A stretch of 64,000 bases of DNA, from contig MU006091.1 of assembly GCA_010093705.1 (NCBI GenBank), positions 620,001 to 684,000 on the forward strand. Reading direction: 5' to 3'. How positions within the stretch are numbered: the stretch's first letter is position 1; the number at the start of each line of letters is the position of its first letter. Made by a program: the position numbers and the translations under genes. Below the pieces are notes generated by a model, which worked only from the letters and a program-made list of their open reading frames with translations, was not told where the DNA came from and searched no databases. Source of the DNA: Patellaria atrata CBS 101060 (Eukaryota). Below are positions 13,011 through 25,205 of the stretch, piece after piece.

Positions 13011-13425
13011 AAGAAGGCTGAGAATGCGTAGTATGTGTACAGTACAGAACGATAAGCTCGCAATCATACGAATGACAGTGACGGCTTCAATCAGTGTGTT
13101 GCACACTTACTCTAGGACATGTCCCTAGCTTTATTTCAGACTCCACGGGGAAGCGAAGAGTATATGAAGAATATACCGTCACGTGTTATTTCTAAGCGTA
13201 CCGAGGACAGAGCTAAGGTACCTTACCTTATGAGGTGGAACTGGAGTACAAAAACTGCTTGGTACAGTAACCTTCGTTAATTCATAACCGTGTGGCAATC
13301 TAAGAGGATTTGCCTTGATGAAGCTAGGCACTTCCAATTAACCTGGTCATGGCATTTACTTGCCAAATTCCATCAGACGATATAATCATGCGCTAAACCA
13401 TTTTGGGTAGTCAGCTTGCATATTA

Positions 13426-13966
13426 ATGTGCTCAAATGGACTCACGGTCTCACGGTCTCACGGTCTCTCACCAGCCAAGCTTGGAGCACATCAACTTTTC
13501 TTTACCATTCTTTATTATCATCGTTATTATTATCATCATTACAATAGGTAAGATACCGAGCCCAAACCTAAAAGCCTAACCTAGGTATTAAATACAATAC
13601 GAACCTCCCCCTTTCATCCCACCAACCGCTAAGCATGTACGGTACATGTTTATCCAGCAAACATTCCATGTCCCCGCCATGTCTTCCGTCCCCTGCTTAA
13701 GCTACTATGTATATCCAGATGTTGTATACGGTACAATAATATTCAAGTACTGTACAGTACACTTAGCCGACCGTCTCCACTCCCCACACACGCAAGTAAC
13801 CATCTGTTTGTCATTCCATACTTTCGGGTCTGGATTGGCGCCACCTTTTAAGACTTACCATCATATCGGAAGCCTCTGACAAAGTCATTAATGTAAAAGC
13901 CAAACATCTTACTGGAAAGGAGTAAAGGCTTTAACAGGACCAGAAAAGAAGAAAATAAATGTGCTC
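13426..13966. promoter_or_regulatory. Three ATGTGCTC elements (Mac1-type copper response element-like) upstream of the metalloreductase
   Basis: ATGTGCTC at 13426-13433 (+, reads TGTGCTCA), 13484-13491 (-) and 13959-13966 (+). Confidence 0.55.
13441..13467 (+). repeat. 8-bp tandem repeat (CTCACGGT)x3
   Basis: ctcacggt ctcacggt ctcacggt ctc, read directly. Confidence 0.9.
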
Positions 13967-14111
13967 GCGATCGACGTCTAGAAGGATATATGAAACCTAT
14001 TTAGACCTGCAAGTACAGTAGAGAGTACCACCTTACCTTCTCAAAACCTTGTTAACCTCTACATACATACACACAGAGAACATTGAATTGGCACAGATTG
14101 ACAGCATCATC

Positions 14112-16271
14112 ATGAAGCTGCCACTTCTCCTTGCCCTTTCATTTCTCATCCAATCATCCTTCGCAGCCCACCTTACATCCTACAAATTCCCAGGCTACGG
14201 CTTCTCCTGGTACGATCCAGCATGTGGATTCGCCTGCAATAATGCCATCTCCAGCGCTCCGCTCTCATGTACATCTACTGAACACGGTCATTCCCATCAT
14301 GGGTCAGGACCAACATCTCCAGAATGTTACGCCAGCGACTCAGCCTATCTTACGACTTTAGCATATTGCATAAAATCAAACTGTGACCCCGCCAAAGTGC
14401 CAACATGGAAGAGGGAGAAGTATTGGGCCACGAAAGTGATTAGTGGTGCGAGTGTTGCGCCCAAGTGGGACTATTCGAGAGCACTTGAAGAGATCATTGA
14501 AGAGCCCACTGTCGAATACAACTCCAGCTCAGGAGCTGTTCTAAATGAGACCATGCTTGTTCCTATGGCGTCTTATGACATGAATTACAAGTTCAACGTC
14601 ATGTTTGACCATATAGAGATGCTTCAAGCTAGATATGTGTAAGTAAAAGTTCTTCCTTCTCGTTGTCGTGTTCGTCAACTGATGGAAATCAGCATCGTTA
14701 TCGTCGTCGTCGGTTTCGGAACGCCTATTTTGTTTACGCTCCTTGCCCGTCTTCCATTCATGACCACTGCTATTGACAAAATCCAACCTTATTTGGTTTA
14801 TCCTTCCATTTTCAGGGGTTACCACGTTCGTCCTCTGCCATGGCTTTTAGGAAACGCTCCTACTGTTGGACAAGCCCTATATATCGTCATGTTCTTCATT
14901 CTCAACCTCATCCTCGGTGCCGTCAACTACGACAGTACGCAACCCCATCCATGGTATTTTCCGCCCAAAGAGGAACTCCTCGCCTACATCGGCTATCGTA
15001 CCGGCCATATCGGCTACGCCCTCCTCCCACTCCTCATCCTCTTTTCCGGCCGCAACAACTTCCTCCTCTGGATCACCGACTGGTCCCACTCGACTTATCT
15101 CCTGTTGCACCGCTGGGTCGCCCGCATCTTCGCCATCCACGCCATCGTTCACAGTATCACCCTCTTAATAACATATACGGGCACTGGCAGCTACCCTACC
15201 GAGTCCACGCAGCCATACTGGCTATGGGGTATCGTCGCCACCGTCCTTACCTGCGCCATGCTCGTCTTCAGCCATCTCTACTTCCGCCGCCTGGCATACG
15301 AGGCCTTCCTCATCCTCCACATCCTCATGGCCGTCTTCGTGATCGCCGGGTGCTGGTACCACGTCATCCTCAAATGGGGCTACAACTTCTACGACAACTG
15401 GCTCTTCGCCGCCTGCGCCGTATGGTTCTTCGACCGCTTGGTCCGCGTGCTTCGCATCGCTAAAAACGGTGTCCGCCGCGCCATCGTCACAGACGTAGGC
15501 GAACATCACGTCAGAATCGACGTCCCCGACGTGCGATGGGCGAGCATGCCAGGCCACGTAGCCTACGTCTACTTCCCCAGCCTCAACCCCCTACGCCCCT
15601 GGGAAAACCATCCCTTCTCCCTCAACTCCACAGCCCTCTTCCGGGACTACAAACACGTCTCCCACACCCCCGCATCGGGGTCATCAGCGCACTCACACTC
15701 CCCCTCCCGCTCCCGCCCAAGCCACGACCTCGAAAAATCAAACCCCACCGTCTCCCAAGCCGTCGTACGCGCAAACAGTACTGAAACCCAGGGAACCGCA
15801 GGCGTGACCTTCGTAGTCAAGAAAAACACAGGCCTCACCCGCCTCCTGAAGTCCCACGCGCGCCTCCTCACCCTCCTCGACGGACCATACCCGCACAACC
15901 CCTCGACCGGGATAATGCAGTGCGACCGCGTCGTCCTGATCGCCGGCGGCATCGGCATCACGGGGCTCCTGGCCTGGACGCGCGCGCACCCGAACGTCCG
16001 GCTCGCGTGGAGCGTCAAGGCGGGCTCGGAGGCGCTGGTCGCCGAGATGGGTGGGGCGCTGGGGGATCTGGTGGATAAGGAGGTCAGGGTTGGTGAGCGG
16101 GTCGATGTGGAGGGCGTGTTGAGAGCGGAGGCGCAGAGGGGGTATAAGAAGGTTGGGGTGGTGGTTTGTGGGCCCCCGGGTATGTGTGATGATGTTAGAG
16201 CGGTGGTGAGTGCGTTGGGGAGGCAGGGGCCTACGGTGTGGGAGTTGGAGGTCGATGCGTATTCGTGGTGA
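14112..16271 (+). CDS. Ferric/cupric reductase (FRE family) with signal peptide and Cys-rich CFEM-like N-terminus, 2 exons
   Basis: Signal peptide MKLPLLLALSFLIQSSFA. Intron 14639-14692. Heme His motifs LLHRWVARIFAIHAIVH and LHILMA..WYH. FAD motif ENHPFS, LDGPY, VLIAGGIGIT, VCGPPGMCDDVR, terminal EVDAYSW. Confidence 0.93.
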
Positions 16272-16774
16272 TTGAGGGACTCTGTGCTGGATAGGCGGAT
16301 CGCGGCGTTTTGTGTATTTGCGGGTGTGGGATGATTGGATTGCTCGGGCGGGGATTGTGAGATTCTGTACCTTCATACCTTTGTTTATATTGGCCAATTA
16401 AGTCAATTTTGCCGTTTTCGGTGGTTCTTTTTCTCCCTCTTTTCAGACGACAAGACAGATAAGACTGCAGTTCTAAGAGCATTTGGTTGATCCCAATTTC
16501 TAGGAGTATATCCGAAAGCACATGGGTACCCATAGTATAGGTGAGAGTTAAGAGAATACAAGACAGCTTCCCACAACAGTCGTGGGAGTATAGCCTCATT
16601 CTATTTCGAACCCAGTACTTATTTGCAGCTATAAATGCCTTTTAGATGAACATAATTGGAAATTTCACAAAAAGAGACAACCTGATGTGTCGCGATATAC
16701 CATCTATCTAAACGCAGCTACCATACAGTATGGGAGCAAAAAGAACGATTGCTTTCAAAAAGCAAAAAGTTAAG

Positions 16775-16867
16775 TGACTTCGCCCAGGCTCGAACTGGGG
16801 ACCTTCAGTGTACTGGGACTAGCCCATTCTGTTAGACTGACGTGATAACCAACTACACCACGAAGCC
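16775..16867 (-). tRNA. tRNA-Val(AAC) with 19-nt intron (16811-16829)
   Basis: Reverse complement reads GGCTTCGTGGTGTAGTTGGTTATCACGTCAGTCT-AAC-A[intron]CACTGAAGGTCCCCAGTTCGAGCCTGGGCGAAGTCA. Acceptor stem GGCTTCG/CGAAGTC, A and B boxes, and downstream T5 runs as Pol III terminator. Confidence 0.95.
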
Positions 16868-17056
16868 ATGTTATTTGTTGGAGAAGCGATGGATGAGTTA
16901 TACTTATAAATATTAAATAACAGTGGAGAAAAGAGGGGGCGTCGATAGATGGTTTTCCATCTAAGCCGAGATAAGATCGATCAGATATGGCCTTAGCTTG
17001 TACTACAGGCTTAGAGCTTCACAAGAGGAGCGACAGACGACTACATAGGAGCAGTT

Positions 17057-19136
17057 ATGCCTCCTCGTCCATCACTCCTCTCGAAATGGGCACAAATATC
17101 ACGGAAAAAGGGAGTGGGCTTGTTCTTCTGTCCTTCATGTTCCGTATGGCGGCTCAATGGACCTCGTAACGACCCTCCCTCGCGACAAACCCGCCAACGA
17201 TCTTCTATAGCGCGACCATATGCGCGAAATGTGTCGACTGTAGCTTCTTCAACAGCTATAAATCCACCACTTAATGTTTCAGAGAGATATAAAAAGCTCT
17301 ATTATGCGTTGGACAGATTAAAAGGACCAGCGGGGACGTATGTCAACCTGAACAGACTACAGTTAGCGTTGAAAGGGCTGGAAAGCGGAAGTCCTATTAT
17401 TCGAATAGCAAGTAGGTTCTGGAGAGCTTAGAAATTCTTAAATAGTTATCTAATGGTTTGTGAACATTTAGTCCTTAGCTTAGGAAATCCGACGATAGCA
17501 CGACGGCTGGCTAGACTTCTCCTTGCAGATCCACTAGGACCGAGCAGCCGATGGGAAGACCTGATAACACAGGAGAAAGATGATGGAAGGAGCTTGTTAT
17601 TACGGTACGATCAAATTCACTCATGCGACACGGATCATCTAATATGTGGATTGCAGGTACGGTGAGGAAGATGAAGTAGCTCCTCGTAATCCACTCCTTA
17701 AGACCATATTCGTACCATCTCCAATGTTACAAAGAAATGGACTGGAAATCATCATATCTTCACTCAATATCGACGTTGAGCCTCCAATCTTTGGAAATGC
17801 GGAGAGCCCTGTCGAGACCATCCTCACTCCCACACTTCAAACACCCATAAGCTCAGGAAGGACAACGATAGTAACCTACCCGGTTCATGGCACGATAATA
17901 GTTGGCGATGGGCTAGATAGTGCTATAAGATTCGGAAGATATACTGCTGGATTATCGAAAGATGATTTACCACCTCAGACAATCAACGTTGCATTCAATA
18001 TCCCATGCGCAGAAGTCAAAGAGATATCCTCTGCAGAGACAAATATAATGGACATTGGGGTAGCAGAGGACGCTCTCAAACTTTTCCGCAAGTCAATCGC
18101 GAACTCTGTATACTATGAGCAGGGCTGGTTCCGTAGTGGTATGCCGGCTTTAACCGAATGGCTCACTAAAGAGAAACAAACATCAGACACCTCAGTTCGG
18201 CCAGCAGTGATCCAGCTCATATCCACATTATTAGATGATGCACAGCGAAGAATTATAACAGATGAGAACCTTCGATTACAAACCATCACAGCTGAAACCG
18301 GTTTGTCTGGCACTAAAACTTCCATCATTGATTTGTTAAAGGACTGGGCCGAAGCATCCCATAACGAACTCCGCCAAGGTTTGGATTTAGCATTCCACGG
18401 CGCACATTGGAAAAGGATCAGCTGGTGGAAATTATTCTGGCGTGTCGACGATGTTAGCATGATTCTATCGGACGTGCTCGAGCGCCGGTGGCTCGTAGAC
18501 GCAGAGAAGGACATCGTTTTCGTCGCAGGCCGAATCGGTCAAGCAATATTTCAGAAGAGTCAAGGAGCAATTGACGCACCTGTCGTCAGGAGAACCCCGG
18601 AAGATACGAGCTCTATGAATAAGGCATCAGATAAATCCATATCGCGGATTAGGATCGCAATACCAGAAGTCGTGGATGATGGCGAACCCTTACTCCCAAA
18701 ACCCCGACCATGGCCCCAACTCATTGCAGAACAACGCGCTATTTTGTACGAGACCACAGTACCACGTCTCCAAGCACTCGCACAACAACTCATCCTCGAA
18801 ACGCTATCTACAACATCCCTCACGACGGCCTTATCAGTACTAATATACCTCTCCTTCCCTACATTTTCAGTCGTGGAAGCGGGTTCAGTCGCCGCTTTTG
18901 GACTTGTTTGGTCGCTAAGACGGGTGCAGACGAGGTGGGAAGATGCCAGAACGAAGTGGGGGGATAAATTGAGGGAAGAGGGAAGGAAGGTGTTGAAGGA
19001 GACGCAGAAGATGGTGAGAGAGTTTTTAGACCGGCTTGACGCTGTTGAGGCGGATGAGGGAGTGGAGGCGAGGAAGATGGCAGGTGAAGCGGTTGATCAG
19101 GCGAAGGATGAACTGGAGAAGGCAGTGCGGCGATAG
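17057..19136 (+). CDS. Conserved fungal protein, probably mitochondrial (Mmc1-like), 3 exons
   Basis: Arg/Ser-rich presequence-like N-terminus. Introns 17412-17471 and 17605-17656 keep frame. WAE.SH.ELR, W.KLFWRVDDV, two C-terminal hydrophobic segments then coiled coil. Family name is from memory. Confidence 0.7.
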
Positions 19137-19831
19137 AGTGATATACCATAGGCGAGGCGTTGTAGGATATCCACATGTATAATATGTTACTTACTAGAGG
19201 TGAAATGTCGAGTGTGTTCTTGTGAAAGAGAGGGGACAACAGATTCATTTTTATAAAAAGAAACTTTTTATATTTTCTCTTGTCTATTATATCAGCCGGT
19301 TCTAATTTCCTTACCAATGTGAGGATACCGAACCCATGTTTTGGGCCTTAATATCTTGATTCTAGGGAATGGTTTTCTCCTCATGGGTATTCATCTCCAT
19401 CCATATGTCAATGTCTATAACGAGAGGCGCCATTATGACAACAAAGAGGCAATAATGAAGAATGCTCAAGAATCATCCGGCTTCGCTGTCATCTTATTCG
19501 AGCGTAGGGTCGGGATTCCTTCAAAAAGCAAACTTCAATGTCTATACTTAGATTGCCAACTGTCCTAGCTATACCATAAACCTGCTATATCTCATTTCGT
19601 CTCCACGTCTACAGATCCGTTCATCTCTACCAACTCACTACCTCGTGAACACTCGGGAGTCCACAACCCATATGCCACCTCATCCTCTAGCGTCCACTCT
19701 GTAAAGCACCATGCTCCATAAATTCTTTTCCTCTTCTTCCCCTAACTCCACTACCATCTTTACTCTACTGGGCAACATCAATCTCATCCCAGCGTTTTCC
19801 CAAACGAAAACCCACCGTCTCAATCTTCAAA

Positions 19832-21138
19832 ATGCCCTTCTACAACCACCTCTTCAACCCCCCTTCCTTCCTATCCCCACCTCCATATGACGCTTCCTCC
19901 AACTGGGAATTCCTCGTCTTCACCCTGGGCGTCGCTTCCGGTGTCATCATAGTCCTCGCCACCAATTTACTCAGTTACCGCCGTTCCCCCATCCCCCCAT
20001 CCCCCAACCCACCACATCCTCCCCAGCCCGAGCCCATCCCCGAACCAAAAGCCCAGCCATCTACCCCAGCTCCCCCCCCGTTCCCCCCAATCCACCCAGC
20101 TCCCCCAACCCCCCGGCTTCCCACGCATCTCCTGTTTCCCCACACCCGCACCCACCGTGCCCTCCAAAATCCGTCCCCAAACCCGTCCCTAATCCCGGAG
20201 ACCACGATTTCGGTCTGGCGTCTCCGAAACCCTTCCCCCCTACACGCAATTTTGGCACGCTTCCCCATCGCGTGCGAGCCACGCTACCACTGCAGCCGAA
20301 CCCTATATATGCTTCTTCGACAGCGCCGAGTCGACGGGGTGAGGGTGAGGAATCGGGTAGGGTGTTTGGGGGGATAAAGGAAGTTGACGATGTGGGCCGG
20401 GACGAGGAGTGGGAAAGAGAGAGATCGGAAGAGACGGAGGAGCAGAGAGAAAGGAGGGAGAGGAGGTGGGGTGTTTATCACGAGTTTCCTACTTACGGAA
20501 ATGGCGAGAGGAACGGGAAGCGGGTTTGGGAGTGCCGGGATGCTTATTCGCAGGATGCGGGACGTCGGAGACGGAGGGGTGCGGTATCCGAGCAAGGGGG
20601 CCGACGTCCGGGTGATGACGAGGGCTTCAGAGGTGGGTTTCCCCAGCGGTACGATGCCCGCGGTCGACCTCTTCCGGTCGGAGAACAAGGGGATGCAGAA
20701 TCCAGCCATCCGCCTCCTGGTTCTCGACTGTATGATTCCGCTAGTCCGCCGACTGCGGTTCTGGGTTTGATTCGTCACACAGGGGACGAGTATAACGGTA
20801 ATCACACCCACTTTCCCAACTTCTCTGGCGTCTGTCATATCCCTGCGGCTCGTTCTGATACCCCCTCGTCTTCCCTCTCCTATTCCTCATTCCCTTACTC
20901 CTCCTTCTCCCTCTCCATGAGCGTAAATTTATTCGACTACAACCCCTTCCTCGCCCCCTCGACGCCGCTACCCCCCTATTCGCCTCCACCAGTTTATACC
21001 GTCCACGCCCGGCTTCAGCTTGACCGTTACGTCTGTCCCTGTGTGAATGGTGGGTTTGAGATGGATTCGGTCGGGGAGCCGGCGCCGGGGTCGAGGCAGG
21101 GGTCTGAGTTTTCGTCCTCAGATGTTTCTTTTTCTTGA
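19832..21138 (+). CDS. Orphan single-TM, Pro-rich protein apparently split by a one-base frameshift at the C8 run 20072-20079
   Basis: ATG in good context (CAAAATG) and TM segment FLVFTLGVASGVIIVLA. A second frame is open from 19891 to 21138; one extra C fuses the two into 435 aa. Confidence 0.5.
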
Positions 21139-22081
21139 GAGAGAGGAAGGGGATGGAGGGGGTAGGCCGAGGAGGAGGAGGGAGCCGGTGGGTTCGCATC
21201 AGTCTTGTTAACGGATTCCCGGGGGCAGTGGTGGGAGGGCGAGGGGAGGGAGGAGAAGGGATATGGGGAGGTCGGTGGTGATGGTGAAGGGAGATAATAT
21301 TAGGATTAGGGGGGATGAGCGATACAGTTTAGAGCCAGGAGTAACCAGAAGTTGTGGTTCCCACTTTTGGAGTGTTCAAATCCCTCATTCTACGTTTGAG
21401 TATTTATGTTATTTTATATTCTACTTTTATGAATCTGCAACATCTGTCCGGTGTGCTCCTTCCCTGATACTTCTTTTCTTCATCGATAGAGAGAATTTGA
21501 ATTTTGTTTTGGAGAGTTTATGTACTTTCGTGATATACCTTAACGGAGAGCGATTTGTCTGTCTTGCGATCCTGCCAAAGTTCGATATATCAGCGTAAGG
21601 CCAACAACCATGCTCTAAATATCTAAATGAGTAATAAATCATACAAACCCATCTTACTTCAGAGAACGAGTTTCCATGACTTCAATATAACTCTACACCA
21701 ACAGTCTCATTTTGAATTAGGTGTCAAGGGAGACTTACACGGAATGACTGAAAATGGTAGACCGTGTTCTCACTTTCAGAAAGGAGGCGTAATGTTGCAT
21801 ACGTGTATGCGGTATATTACTTAAAGGTGGAGGGAAAAGGTCTTCGAACGAGCTGTCCGATAAAGTGGTATCATCCGGTACTCTAAAAACGAGATGTACG
21901 ACCAGTTGTATGAGGGTCCATAGAATTCGGTCTCATTGCTAAAGTAAGTAATATCTACGCATTTGGGGTCTATGATGATGTGCTATGCATACCAGTGGCA
22001 TCATCAAGCATGCTTTCATAGTTTTTTCTGAACATGACAGGCTCCTTAATGCTCAATCCTAGCGATGCTTATCCCCCCTAT

Positions 22082-22858
22082 GGTAGGTTCGTCTGTAGAA
22101 TGAAATTATGGAGCGTATCGAAGGTTGTCTAACTTTCCACGCAGACCGATCTCGACAACGAGATAATAGTATAATTCGAACACTCCACGTAAACCAACTT
22201 CTTGCTGGGTCGAAGAAAATAGAGTGAGAGTCAATCCGCAACCAAAGATGTGCTAGTAAGGGACCCCGTGAAGCAAACCATGTGGGTGTCGTTGTCCCAA
22301 GGCGTACTGCACTGCTTAGGCACACCGCTACGTCTGCTTCTCGACTGCTTCCCCGACGATCTATTGAAGTTACCTACGATCGTATCCCGAAAAGAGCATT
22401 TTGAGATTCCACTGAGATGCAGGGTCCAACATGGGCACAATGATCGGAGTCTATAGACTCGCGTCATGGAAACAGGTGTGCTTTGGGGACATCTGGTGAG
22501 ACTGGTGAGATAAGAGGATGCGCCAGGAGCGCTTATTCGATTCCACAAGACGTTGCTGATCCTTTAGCACACCTTCACGCGAGCAACTCGAGCAGCTAGA
22601 CAAGGCAATATACGGGATGATCTCTTCGTTTCCGGAATGACGATTGGGGAGGAAGATGAAGGGGTGTTGATAAAGAATATTGCTGCATAAGAGCGCGATA
22701 TTTTAAGGATTTCGGTACATATCGAAAGACTAAAAGAAAATATTTGGACGGAGCTCCCTCCGATCCCCTTTGATACTAGTACTTGGATCTCTGTCTCTGC
22801 GAATAGGCCTTCTGAGGTGTGGAGGTCAATCATAACTCGAAAGACACATCCGATCTGA
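22082..22858 (+). pseudogene. Possible decayed gene of unknown family
   Basis: One frame reads as protein-like for about 260 codons, interrupted only by TAA/TAG stops (22130, 22172, 22190, 22220, 22454, 22511, 22565, 22688). Confidence 0.3.
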
Positions 22859-24740
22859 TCCAATCGGCCAGAAAGACAGAGTCGTCCCAATTATTTTTCA
22901 GTTTGATGATACAAATGACAAGCCTTCCCACACTCAGGAATCATGAGCCCATATTAGTAAATGCAATTTTCATTCACATCGTGTTGGGCTTTCCATAACC
23001 ATTGGTGCTACAACTACACCACCGAGGACGTCCTAAATTGGGAAAATACTACAAACTCTGTATACAGTGGTGATATTCACAATGTACAACTCGAATTGTT
23101 CCGATGAGGTAGTTGATTACTTTTGGATCGATATTGGTGGATGGATTGACGAAGTTCTACAGCATGATGTCAGGAGAGTACTTCTCGAATTCTGAGGAAT
23201 GTCATACCAAGGTGCTAACCAGAGAAGGACAAGTGTACAATTTGAGGAACAAAGCCGGACGGGATGATGCAGTTGTAGATCCAGCTCAACGGTTTTGATC
23301 TGCAACCTACGTAGTTGATGAGCAAAGAGGAGGACACTTACGCAAAAGGCAAAACATAGAGTGTAGCTGACGGATCTTTTGGGGACACCCGTAGAGAGTA
23401 CACGCCTACACGGAAAGTGCCACTTGTTACTTGCTGATCTTAAACATTAGAAACTACTGCTAGAAGGAATATCATGACTTAGGGCTCAGTATAATTCTGC
23501 GCTGTTTTACTATAAAATGAAATGGCTCAAGCAGTAAATAATGGGCTCGTAAATTTAGATGCAACCCCTGACAAGTTCAGCTGCAAGGCCTGCAAAGGCA
23601 ATAGCTGCCCTGGAAGTTTTACAAAAGTACAAATAATCCTTGAACGGAGTGTGGAGTCCCTGATAAAAAGCAAATTGAATGCTTAACGGTCTTGCGTAAG
23701 ACAAATTTGCAGAGGAGTGAAGTTAAAGAAGAGCCTTAACGTCACTTGGAGCTCTCTCATAGGATCGTCGACGAAAGTGGCGTCAAGATCATCCCTCTTG
23801 GCCTTTCGCTTGTTTTGACCCAGAAGTATGACATAACACTACTCAGAGAAGTCAGAGCCTCATCACGACTCCACTCCACTTAGTTGGTATTATTTGCCTC
23901 CCTATGATGTCTGCTATGATGATTGAATGTACTGACACATTATCCATCAGCAGAACAGTCAGAGTTCCCCCAGAAGAGACGTCAAGAGAAGGAACCACTA
24001 CCTCATACGAATCCATAATTCCTCAATATCTAACGCGCACGAACCATCAAAAGATTTCACTCGTCATATATGCACGGCCCATTCCAATAAGTATGCGGGT
24101 CCTACGGTACTGGTACGCATAGAACGCCAGAAAACCAGGACAACAAATCGACTCTGTGAATACTTTGGGATTCAGACTTCAATTTTCGTTTATATCAGCC
24201 GTAACTGATGAAAAGGTGTTCTTCTATACGGACCGGCAATAATATTAAATGTCCTGTACTGTACCTGTCAAGTTTCCCGCCAGTACATAGAATGGCCCGT
24301 TATCTATTGATCGACAGTGAGGAGTCGAGGGTGTGTCATCAGATGTTCGGTCCAGCAAAAGGAGGATGCAAGAATTCCACAAAAGATCCTTAAAGATCTA
24401 CAGGGTCTTTCCTATTTTCGATTCTAGCCGAATGCTGTAGACCCGCTCTTCCCCCTCTCACACCATGGATGGCCCCAATTCCGGCCTCACCGTTTGAAGT
24501 AATGATTCTCACCAAAGGACAAGGATTTGCCATCGGCAACCGCAGGTTCAGCCTCTCATATCATAATGTGATCTTTTAGCTTCACACCTAGGTGAGCAAG
24601 AGGGCATGATCGTCGGGCCTTTGACGCAGCAGCGCTCTGTACCCCTACGCCGGTGACGCCAATCCCTACCTCACGTACATCATTAGGCCTAGAAATGTTA
24701 CACAGGTCTCGACCCTCCTCCTTTTAGGTTCTGGCCCTGA

Positions 24741-24748
24741 TATATAAA
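24741..24748 (+). promoter_or_regulatory. TATA box of the small gene at 24897
   Basis: TATATAAA about 150 bp upstream of ACAAAATGG, followed by an A/C-rich leader. Confidence 0.5.
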
Positions 24749-24896
24749 GTCAATAGACGGCAGCCTCATCAGCTCTGTCTTCCCATAATAAGAGACTCAA
24801 TAACGTTTCACCTCAAAAAAAAAAATCTTGAAATACTATTCAATATATATCCATAAATTTCTCTCTAACCAACAACCAACATCTCTCATACACAAA

Positions 24897-25205
24897 ATGG
24901 CATCTGAACACTCTGGCGTTTACATTCAAGACGGTTTCTCGGAACCCATGTCGGCACAACACAGTTTCATGAACAACTTCAATGTTCATGATCCCGATCA
25001 AGCCATGTCTATGTATGCTCGGTATGTGGTACTCTTATCCACGTATCTCTGTCGCTTTGTTCTAACAATTTACAGAATCATGCATCAACATACAAAACAT
25101 CAACTTGATACCGCGACACACTCATCGAGGAGAAGATCGAATGGTGGATCTACTCCATCTCTAGATTCGTCGAACAACGGTTCAGTCAGCTCCACCGAAC
25201 CGTGA
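24897..25205 (+). CDS. Small (84 aa) hypothetical protein, 2 exons
   Basis: Strong Kozak CAAAATGG. Intron 25022-25075 (GTATGT..CTAAC..CAG). Spliced product has YARIMHQHTKHQLD then a Ser-rich tail. Confidence 0.75.
   Translation: MASEHSGVYIQDGFSEPMSAQHSFMNNFNVHDPDQAMSMYARYVVLLSTYLCRFVLTIYRIMHQHTKHQLDTATHSSRRRSNGGSTPSLDSSNNGSVSSTEP

Noticed and set aside
14840..16397. Long alternative-frame and antisense ORFs over the reductase (likewise over the TF, ribokinase, IMPACT, PTH11-like and NPY1 genes)
   Set aside because: Explained by GC-rich, skewed third positions suppressing stops; translations are low-complexity R/P/H.
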